Shown here in pieces: positions 16,568 through 23,246 of a stretch of 64,000 nucleotides of DNA. The position numbers and the translations under genes were made by a program. This DNA is from Candidatus Calditenuaceae archaeon (GTDB taxonomy: Archaea; Thermoproteota; Nitrososphaeria_A; Caldarchaeales; Calditenuaceae): assembly GCA_025058225.1 (NCBI GenBank), contig JANXEE010000015.1, positions 37,808-101,807 on the forward strand. The letters run 5' to 3'. The notes below the pieces were generated by a model. The model had not been told where the DNA came from, ran no database searches, and was given only the letters and a program-made list of their open reading frames with translations. Every line of letters begins with the position of its first letter. Within the stretch, counting starts at the first letter, position 1.

Positions 16568-17623
16568 CGAATCGACGTCGTGACCCTCGTGCTTCAGGAG
16601 GTTGTAAAGGGCGATAAGTGCTGCCGGTGCGGCGAGCTCCGTGGGCAGCGTCACATCCGGGCATAGATCCAGGACCGCGGTCGCCAATCTGAAGACGCCC
16701 TTCGGTATCCCTTCCCTCGAACCCAAGAGGATGTTCACCCTCTTGGCGCCGTGGACCCTCTTCACGACCTCAGAGGGCAATCTGTAGATCTCCTCGCCCT
16801 CCGGCTCGAAGACTAAGATCGGCTCCGATCTCCTCTCCAGTACCAGCTGATACAGGTCCTGCACCTTGACCCTGACCTCCCTGGGTCGTCTGCCGTAACT
16901 GCGCCTCTGGACCTCCAGCCTGGAAGCTATGCCCTCGAAGACGTTTTCGATGAAGGTTGCGAGCTCCCTCGCGTCCACGGAACCCATCGGCGCGATCACC
17001 AGCTCCCCGACCTCAAACGTCTGAACGAACCTCCCGATCCTCCTCCCGACCTCCTTCGCCCCCTCGACGGTACCGAGGTAAGGCATCTGCACGACGGAGA
17101 CCCTGTTGAAGAACCTCCACGAGCTCGACTTAGAGGGGCCCATCTTCCTCAGCTCGGTCCGCCCGTTCAGCACGGAGATCGCTGTCCTGTCGCCGACAAC
17201 CTCGATCGAAACGATCTTGTCCGGGTTATCGAGGTCAACCCTTGCATCAGTGGCCTGCTGAATCAACGCACCGACCTTTGCGTTCAACTCGATGCTGGTG
17301 AAGCTCCTGTGGGCCCTTCTGTGCGTCCTCACGGCGAAACTCTCGTGTGGAGCGATCCTCTCCCTCGAAAGGGCAGTTGCGACCTCGAGGATCTGCGCGG
17401 TGTTCGTCGGGACGACAGCCTCGGGTTTGATCACCTTCTCGGCTTCAGGAACCTCGTCGTTGATCAGCCGAAGCAGCCGATCCTGGTCGCTGCACTTCTC
17501 CACGATCACGATCCCCTTCAGTCCGTAGGGCGACTGGACTACTTCCGCTCCGGGGTCGAGGAGCTCTATCTTCGACTTGACGACGGCCTCAAGCCCTAGG
17601 GGCGTCTTAACTATCAGCATCAT
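16511..17623 (-). CDS. THUMP-domain RNA-modification protein with a C-terminal SPOUT-like methyltransferase region (C-terminal assignment tentative)
   Basis: 370 aa. The THUMP pattern is SFAVRTHRRAHRSFTSIELNAKVGALI ... VDLDNPDKIVSIEVVGDRTAISV. The C-terminal NILLGSREGIPKGVF ... VTLPTELAAPAALIALYNLL resembles the SPOUT knot region. Confidence 0.7.
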   Translation of the reverse strand: MMLIVKTPLGLEAVVKSKIELLDPGAEVVQSPYGLKGIVIVEKCSDQDRLLRLINDEVPEAEKVIKPEAVVPTNTAQILEVATALSRERIAPHESFAVRTHRRAHRSFTSIELNAKVGALIQQATDARVDLDNPDKIVSIEVVGDRTAISVLNGRTELRKMGPSKSSSWRFFNRVSVVQMPYLGTVEGAKEVGRRIGRFVQTFEVGELVIAPMGSVDARELATFIENVFEGIASRLEVQRRSYGRRPREVRVKVQDLYQLVLERRSEPILVFEPEGEEIYRLPSEVVKRVHGAKRVNILLGSREGIPKGVFRLATAVLDLCPDVTLPTELAAPAALIALYNLLKHEGHDVDSSPGCGADEEGYQRQEHPE

Positions 17624-17626
17624 TCG

Positions 17627-18076
17627 CTACTGTATGACGATCCGCTCGACGCCGAAGTGTCTCCTGGCCAGCTCAACCGCTGCCTTCAGGTTCTTCCCTC
17701 CCTTTCCGATCGCCTTCCCCTTCTCCTCCTCCGGGACCTTCACCCGGGCCTGAAGTTTCCCGTTCCTCTCGAAGAGCTCCACCTCTGCGACGCTCGCTGG
17801 CTGTAGGGCGTTCGCGATGAACTTCTTCGGGTCCGAGGAGAACTCAACGACTTTGATCCTCTTCTTCTGTATGTTGCGGAGCTCTTGAACGGTAGTTCCT
17901 TTTCTGCCGACGGCCTTACCCACGTCTCCAGCGTTGACCACGTATACGACCACGTCGTCGATGAGGACGCAGTCCACGGGCTGTACGTTGGTGACCTGCT
18001 GGAAGAAGGAGATGTAACGAAGTTCGCTTTCGGTTATCTTGACCGATTGACGGCCTCCTTCCGACATCGGAGTCAC
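17627..18076 (-). CDS. nusA: Archaeal NusA-like protein (two KH domains)
   Basis: 149 aa with two GxxG KH motifs (AVGRKGTTV, AIGKGGKNL). ATGA overlap with rpl30e upstream, the conserved L30e-NusA order. Confidence 0.85.
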   Translation of the reverse strand: MTPMSEGGRQSVKITESELRYISFFQQVTNVQPVDCVLIDDVVVYVVNAGDVGKAVGRKGTTVQELRNIQKKRIKVVEFSSDPKKFIANALQPASVAEVELFERNGKLQARVKVPEEEKGKAIGKGGKNLKAAVELARRHFGVERIVIQ

Positions 18077-18384
18077 CCTTTGCCCAAGCTGCTGGTGCCG
18101 GGGTCGATGATCGCGACCGTCGACGCGTGGAACGGTTTCCCGAGGAGCCGGGACAGTTCGCTGGAGCTGATCGCCGTATCGATCAACTTAGAGCCCCTCA
18201 TGGCGGTCACCGCTTGAAGCTCCCTCTTGAGCCTCTCCGGACAGTCGCTGGATATCAGCACGATCGAGGCGTCACCGCGCATCAGCGCCAGATAGGACTG
18301 CCTGAAACCGAGGACGAACTTTCCGGTCCTCCGCAGAACCCTGAGCTCCGTCTTGATGTCCATCACGCTTCTGCTCGACCTCAC
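18073..18384 (-). CDS. rpl30e: 50S ribosomal protein L30e
   Basis: 103 aa. GKFVLGFRQSYLALMRGDASIVLISSDCP ... LGKPFHASTVAIIDPG matches the L30e/L7Ae-fold pattern. Confidence 0.85.
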   Translation of the reverse strand: MRSSRSVMDIKTELRVLRRTGKFVLGFRQSYLALMRGDASIVLISSDCPERLKRELQAVTAMRGSKLIDTAISSSELSRLLGKPFHASTVAIIDPGTSSLGKG

Positions 18385-18494
18385 TCTCTACCTCTTGTTT
18401 TAAAATGTTCTCCGGGCCAGCCCGCCTGTAAGGACTTCGGGACCTGTAAAGCCGCAAAGCTCAAATTCCTGGTAGAACGTGCGTCATACCGGAT

Positions 18495-18653
18495 ATGAAG
18501 CTCATCAGCGTGAAGCTCCCTGAGGCCCTGGTCGATGGCATGGATGAGCTGATAAGGCGCGGCGTGTATCCGAGCAGGTCCGCGTTGCTGCGGGCCGCTG
18601 TCAGGGACCTCCTGAGGAGGGAGCTCTGGGGCGAGGAGGAAAAGGGCAGGTGA
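18495..18653 (+). CDS. Ribbon-helix-helix (CopG/Arc-MetJ-like) small DNA-binding protein
   Basis: 52-aa ORF below the track cutoff: MKLISVKLPEALVDGMDELIRRGVYPSRSALLRAAVRDLLRRELWGEEEKGR. The beta strand (ISVKLP) plus two helices (SRSALLRAAVRDLL) is the classic RHH pattern. Confidence 0.6.
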   Translation: MKLISVKLPEALVDGMDELIRRGVYPSRSALLRAAVRDLLRRELWGEEEKGR

Positions 18654-18727
18654 TCTCTTCCCCGCAGGTCAGCGCAGCCGTGTGAGAGGTCGAGGTAGAT
18701 ATTGTAGGTCGCTGATGTCGGGGAGGT

Positions 18728-19489
18728 TTGAAGCTGGAGGTCGTCGACCTTTACGCGGGAATAGAGGGGAGGCAGATCCTCAAGGGGCTTAACCTGACGG
18801 TATCTCAAGGAGAGGTGCACGCGTTGATGGGGCCCAACGGCTCAGGGAAGAGCACGACCGCGTACGTCATAATGGGTCATCCGAAGTACCAGGTCGAGAG
18901 CGGCGACATACGGCTCGACGGCCAGAGCATTCTGGACCTCACACCAGACCAGCGGGCTAAAATGGGCATCTTCCTCGCCTTCCAGTACCCTCAGGAGATT
19001 ACGGGCATAACGATGGCCAACTTCCTCAGGAAGTCCTTCCTCTCGATCTACGGCGAGGAAGGGAAGAAGGTGACAGCTTCCCAGTTCCAGAGAAGGCTGG
19101 TGGAGCACTTCAAGACCATGCAGTTCGATGAGGCCTTCACGAAGCGGTACCTGAACGAGGGGTTCTCCGGAGGCGAGAAGAAGAGGTCCGAGATCGTTCA
19201 GATGCTGACGCTCAAGCCCAAGATCGCGATCCTCGACGAGACCGATTCAGGACTCGACATAGACGGCGTCAAGGTCGTGGCTTCGGCTGTGAGGAGGATG
19301 GTGGGGGAGGACAACATAGGGGTGCTGGTGATCACACACTACGCTCGTATCCTGAACTACCTGAAACCTGATTACGTTCACATCATGTACGACGGTCGCG
19401 TCATCGTCAGCGGCGGTTTCGAGCTCGCCGATGAGCTGGAACGAGTCGGTTACAAGGGGATCGAGGAGAAGTACCTGAGCAGGGCGTGA
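18728..19489 (+). CDS. sufC: Fe-S cluster assembly ATPase SufC
   Basis: Motifs: GPNGSGKST, GHPKYQVESGDIRLDGQSILDLTPDQRAKMGIFLAFQYP, NEGFSGGEKKRSEIVQM, ILDETDSGLDIDG, ITHYARILNYLKPDYVHIMYDG. The start codon is TTG. Confidence 0.9.
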   Translation: MKLEVVDLYAGIEGRQILKGLNLTVSQGEVHALMGPNGSGKSTTAYVIMGHPKYQVESGDIRLDGQSILDLTPDQRAKMGIFLAFQYPQEITGITMANFLRKSFLSIYGEEGKKVTASQFQRRLVEHFKTMQFDEAFTKRYLNEGFSGGEKKRSEIVQMLTLKPKIAILDETDSGLDIDGVKVVASAVRRMVGEDNIGVLVITHYARILNYLKPDYVHIMYDGRVIVSGGFELADELERVGYKGIEEKYLSRA

Positions 19490-19501
19490 TCGGTTGCTGA
19501 T

Positions 19502-19717
19502 CTATCTGACGGCCCTTAACAGAATAAGCGCTATCAAGGCCAGAGCGGCCACAGCGACCAGTGAAGTCACCTGACCGTCCGAGACTATTATGGGTATGGG
19601 GCCGATGAGGAGTATGCCGAAGCCCCTCGCCTCGCCGCCGGGTAATGACGCCAACAAGGCGAGCATCAAGACCGCTAGGATAAGGACGGACAGCAGGGCC
19701 AAGACAGCTGACCTCAA
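19502..19717 (-). CDS. Small membrane protein, DUF131-like (paralog 2)
   Basis: The proposed TTG start at 19717 overlaps the stop of the upstream paralog (TTGA). It has two TM helices, and the motif GFGILLIGPIPII is shared with the neighbour. Confidence 0.5.
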   Translation of the reverse strand: MRSAVLALLSVLILAVLMLALLASLPGGEARGFGILLIGPIPIIVSDGQVTSLVAVAALALIALILLRAVR

Positions 19718-19956
19718 ACCACGACCCCGAGCGCGACGAGTAGAACAACGAGCAGTATCAGAGCGGCCACAACCAGCGCCCACACTACTTGGCCCCTGAA
19801 GAATATCGGGATCGGGCCGATCAGCACGATGCCGAAGCCCTCTGATCTGCGGTCGCTGGTACCCCCGGCAGCTCTCAAGAGCAGGGCGACCGCTATGATT
19901 CCGAGTCCTGAGACGAGGACGATCAGGCCGAGCAGCAGCGTCTCTGAGTAGGTCAT
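19714..19956 (-). CDS. Small membrane protein, DUF131-like (paralog 1)
   Basis: The start is set at ATG 19956 (MTYSETLLLGLIVLVSGLG...). It has the motif GFGIVLIGPIPIFF. The longer listed ORF would overlap the upstream gene. Confidence 0.55.
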   Translation of the reverse strand: MTYSETLLLGLIVLVSGLGIIAVALLLRAAGGTSDRRSEGFGIVLIGPIPIFFRGQVVWALVVAALILLVVLLVALGVVV

Positions 19957-19961
19957 CCAGG

Positions 19962-20462
19962 TCAACCCCTCTCTAAAATGGCCTCGAGGGCCGCCAAACC
20001 GAAGTTCATCTTCTTCACCCTGAAGACCGGCCTCTCCGTCAGCGCCTTCCTCAAGGCCCTCCTTAGCCCTATGGAAGTCGGCCAGTAACACTCGTAGACG
20101 ATCGCTCCGGCACCGGGCTTGAGCAGCCTGTAGGCCTCGTTGAGAAGCTCCCTCTTACCCCTGACCGAAATGAGGGCGTTCAGGAAGATGGCGGCGTCGA
20201 AGCCCGAGGGTGCCAGTTCCGGGTTGTGCTCGATGACCGGTGAGTAGAGGACCTTGTAGGACGGGCAGTTCCCCTGCAGGAACGCCTCCACCTTCAAGCG
20301 TAGCTCCTCTCTGTTCACCAGCACGAGAAGCTCACCGCTGTTCCTCATTGAGGCGACGACGTCCTTCTCGACCGAGGGGCCAGCGAACCCGAACTGCACA
20401 ACCCTCTTGCCGTTGATGGGCAGCTCGGCGAGGAGCTCCTTCATACCCAAACTCCTTTTCAC
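19962..20462 (-). CDS. Putative SAM-dependent methyltransferase (short, degenerate motif I)
   Basis: 166 aa. FDAAIFLNALISV ... LLNEAYRLLKPGAGAIVYE resembles the class I methyltransferase post-I/II region. The glycine-rich motif I is weak (VVQFGFAGPS). Confidence 0.5.
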   Translation of the reverse strand: MKRSLGMKELLAELPINGKRVVQFGFAGPSVEKDVVASMRNSGELLVLVNREELRLKVEAFLQGNCPSYKVLYSPVIEHNPELAPSGFDAAIFLNALISVRGKRELLNEAYRLLKPGAGAIVYECYWPTSIGLRRALRKALTERPVFRVKKMNFGLAALEAILERG

Positions 20463-20463
20463 C

Positions 20464-20910
20464 TCATTGGGCCGGCTTCACCTGATTGACGGGTATCGAA
20501 ATCGGGAAGGGGTAAGTGCTCTCGAGGAGCTCCAGCGTCACCTCCTTTCTGATTCTGTCGACGCGCGTCACCTTGCCCGTGAACCCCTTGAAGGGCCCGG
20601 CCACCACCTCAACCGTCATGCCCTCGTTTATGGTCTCGATGAGGGGCCTCTCGACCAGATGCCTGAGCACCTCGTCGTGGGAGATCTGGACGATCGCCTT
20701 GGACTTCACGTGCCTCAGCTCCTTGACGAGCACAGCCACTCTGTCCCTCTCGGTCCCCTCGACGAAGACGTACCCCTTGAGCGCGGGTAGGGTGACAACG
20801 GCCTGTACGTCCCTCGAGCCCGGGGGGATCCTACCCCAGATGAGCTGTGCGACGTTCCTCTCCTGGCCTGCGGTCGTCCTCACGGCGTACAGCTTCCCCA
20901 AAACCCTCAC
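20464..20910 (-). CDS. spt5: Transcription elongation factor Spt5 (archaeal NusG)
   Basis: NGN domain (LYAVRTTAGQERNVAQLI ... LKGYVFVEG) plus a KOW motif (GMTVEVVAGPFKGFTGKVTRVD). The GTG start at 20910 overlaps the secE stop (GTGA). 148 aa. Confidence 0.85.
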   Translation of the reverse strand: MRVLGKLYAVRTTAGQERNVAQLIWGRIPPGSRDVQAVVTLPALKGYVFVEGTERDRVAVLVKELRHVKSKAIVQISHDEVLRHLVERPLIETINEGMTVEVVAGPFKGFTGKVTRVDRIRKEVTLELLESTYPFPISIPVNQVKPAQ

Positions 20911-21074
20911 CCCAGAATCGCGAGGAAGATGAACCTGATCACCATGGAGATGAGCCCGAGAAGTGCCACGCCGATGAGCACGATCCTCGCAAGGATGAAG
21001 TACTCCTCCCTCGAGGGCTTTCTCGAGACCCTGAAAAGTACTACCGTCGACCTGAGGAAGTCCCTGAACCCCAT
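20907..21074 (-). CDS. secE: Preprotein translocase subunit SecE (Sec61 gamma)
   Basis: 55-aa ORF below the track cutoff: MGFRDFLRSTVVLFRVSRKPSREEYFILARIVLIGVALLGLISMVIRFIFLAILG. It has a single C-terminal TM helix and the conserved position immediately upstream of spt5. Confidence 0.75.
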   Translation of the reverse strand: MGFRDFLRSTVVLFRVSRKPSREEYFILARIVLIGVALLGLISMVIRFIFLAILG

Positions 21075-21120
21075 TCCGGTTCACCCCCCTTTAAGCCAGA
21101 AGATAAACCCGTTCAGCCGG

Positions 21121-21594
21121 TTACGGTTCCTCGACCCATTCGTGCGTGCCATCGGTGAAGACCTCTTTCTTGAACAGTGCCGGCTCCCTCTTGTAGCGCT
21201 CAACCATCTCCGTCAGGGCTCTCATGACCTCTGCCCTCCTTGGACCCATCGAGGCCACCAGCACGATAGGCTCGCCCGGTCTGAAGGATCCGAGCAGGTG
21301 CCATATTCCGGCATATGTCAGACCGTAACGCTCCTTCGCCTCCGAGACTATGTCCATCAGCGTGACCTCGGCGTTCTCGACGTAGGCCTCCATCACGACC
21401 TCCGAGACCCGTTTACCCCTTCTGCTCGTCGATCTGGCTATGCCCATGAAGGTAGCAAGGGCGCCGGAGGAACCCTCGCGGTAAACGGTCTCCAAGTCCC
21501 TGTAGACGGCCAGCAGGTCCACCGCTCCCTTGGGGTAGACGCCGGTCGCCGGCAGTGAAAGGGCCCTCGACAGCTCACCTTCCGCCTGCGGCAA
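21121..21594 (-). CDS. moaE: Molybdopterin synthase catalytic subunit MoaE
   Basis: 157 aa. GALATFMGIAR ... MEAYVENAE ... IWHLLGSFRPGEPIVLVASMGPRRAE ... YKREPALFKKE fits the MoaE pattern. Confidence 0.8.
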   Translation of the reverse strand: MPQAEGELSRALSLPATGVYPKGAVDLLAVYRDLETVYREGSSGALATFMGIARSTSRRGKRVSEVVMEAYVENAEVTLMDIVSEAKERYGLTYAGIWHLLGSFRPGEPIVLVASMGPRRAEVMRALTEMVERYKREPALFKKEVFTDGTHEWVEEP

Positions 21595-22681
21595 TGACGC
21601 TCACCCTCCCGGCTACCCTACGGGCGAGGTTCCTGAAGACTTCGGCCGCCTCGGAACGAGGGGCCCTGACGATGACGGGTGTGCCGTCCTCGCTGCCCTC
21701 GAGTATCGTCTCGAGCAGGGGGACCTCCGCCAGCAGGGGCACTCCCGCTTCGAGCGCAGCCTTTCTGGCGTGGCTCTCACCGAAGACCCTGAGCGTCCGC
21801 CCGCAGCCCTCGCACTTGACGTAAGACATGTTCTCCACGATTCCTATGACGTTTACGTTAAGCCTCTGGAACATCCTGAGGGCTTTCATGGCTATCGTGA
21901 CCGCCGCCTGTTGAGGGGTCGTCACGATGACAACGCCTCCGACCGGCACGGTCTGAGCCAGCGTCAGAGGTGCGTCACCGGTACCCGGCGGGAGGTCGAC
22001 GACGAGGTAGTCCAGCTCACCCCAATCGACCTCTGTGAGCAGCTGTCTGACAGCAGATCCCACCAGAGGCCCCCTCCAGATTACCGGGGTGTCGTCCTGA
22101 AGTATGAGACCGAGTGACATCATCCGAATCCCATAGGGCCCCTCCGCCGGCTCCAGCTTGTTGCCCTTGACGTTCGACCCGTAGCTGTAGTTCCGTATGA
22201 AGCGAGGGATCGTCGGGCCGTAGACGTCCGCATCGAGAAGCCCTGTACTGGCTCCTGCCTCGGCGAGCGCGACCGCCAGGTTCACCGAAACTGTTGACTT
22301 CCCGACGCCACCCTTACCGCTAGCGACCGCGATCACGTTCTTCACACCCGGCATCGGACTGAGCCCAGGAGTCTGGGGCCTCACGCTCATGACCCTCGAC
22401 TTCACCTCCATGGAGACCTTCTCGACGCCCTTCAGAGACTCGACGGCCTGTAGCACGGACGCCTTCAGCTCCTCGTTGAAGGGACATGCAGGTGTCGTCA
22501 GCTCCAAGGTGAAGGACACGTGGCCCCCCCTGACAGTGAGGTCCTTGATCATCCCCATCTGCACCACGTCGACGCCGAGCTCTGGGTCCTTCACTTTCCT
22601 GAGGGCCTTGAGGACGTCCTGCTCGGTGAGCTTCATCCGCTGTGCGAAGGCGGTCATTACTGATAAATATGACATCCTCAC
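21575..22681 (-). CDS. Mrp/NBP35/ApbC-family Fe-S cluster carrier ATPase with N-terminal MIP18/DUF59 domain
   Basis: DUF59 (VKDPELGVDVVQMGMI), deviant Walker A (ASGKGGVGKST), DLPPGTGD, and a CxxC pair (VKCEGCG). Confidence 0.9.
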   Translation of the reverse strand: MRMSYLSVMTAFAQRMKLTEQDVLKALRKVKDPELGVDVVQMGMIKDLTVRGGHVSFTLELTTPACPFNEELKASVLQAVESLKGVEKVSMEVKSRVMSVRPQTPGLSPMPGVKNVIAVASGKGGVGKSTVSVNLAVALAEAGASTGLLDADVYGPTIPRFIRNYSYGSNVKGNKLEPAEGPYGIRMMSLGLILQDDTPVIWRGPLVGSAVRQLLTEVDWGELDYLVVDLPPGTGDAPLTLAQTVPVGGVVIVTTPQQAAVTIAMKALRMFQRLNVNVIGIVENMSYVKCEGCGRTLRVFGESHARKAALEAGVPLLAEVPLLETILEGSEDGTPVIVRAPRSEAAEVFRNLARRVAGRVSVIAAGGR

Positions 22682-22691
22682 CCGAGACCGG

Positions 22692-23225
22692 TTAGACGGT
22701 TCGCATCCTCTCCCTGATCATGAAGGCCCCTATCACCGTCTTGGCATCTCTCACCTCACCTCTGAAGATCATCTCCATGAGTTCGTCGAGCGTCATCGTG
22801 ACGACCCTGATCCCTTCCTCGTCGTCCTGGGGTGAAGGTGGCTCCTTGGGAACGGCCCTTGCCATGAAGAGGTGCATCACCTCCTCCGTGTAGCCCGGAG
22901 CAGGATAGAAGGTCCCCAGACGCTCGAGGGAGCGGGCCTCGTGACCTGTCTCCTCGAGCAGCTCTCTTCTGGCGCAGCTCTCCGCGTCTTCGTCGGGTTC
23001 GAGCGTCCCCGCGGGGAACTCGATGAGTTCCGCGTTCACGGCCCTTCTGTACTGTTTGATCAGGACCAGCTTCCCGTCTTCCCTAAAGGGCACCACGACC
23101 GCGGCGCCCCTGTGCTCGACGATCTCCCGTTCGACTACCCTCCCCTCGATCAGGGCCCTCTCCACCCTGAGCCCCACCGCCCGTCCAGAGTAGACCCTCC
23201 GGACTTCAAGGACCTTGACCCTCAA
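22692..23225 (-). CDS. NUDIX hydrolase (ADP-ribose pyrophosphatase-like)
   Basis: 177 aa. The Nudix box is GTLEPDEDAESCARRELLEETG. Confidence 0.85.
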   Translation of the reverse strand: MRVKVLEVRRVYSGRAVGLRVERALIEGRVVEREIVEHRGAAVVVPFREDGKLVLIKQYRRAVNAELIEFPAGTLEPDEDAESCARRELLEETGHEARSLERLGTFYPAPGYTEEVMHLFMARAVPKEPPSPQDDEEGIRVVTMTLDELMEMIFRGEVRDAKTVIGAFMIRERMRTV

Positions 23226-23246
23226 GTCGTGGAATCCTGGACCTCG

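Noticed and set aside
20911-21084. The N-terminal extension of the 206-aa ORF 20464..21084.
   Set aside because: The extension lacks Spt5 similarity. The same DNA encodes a convincing SecE in another frame, whose stop overlaps a GTG start for Spt5.
22872-23246. The N-terminal 125 codons of the 812-aa ORF.
   Set aside because: They run antisense through the NUDIX hydrolase gene and have no membrane or Fe-S features.
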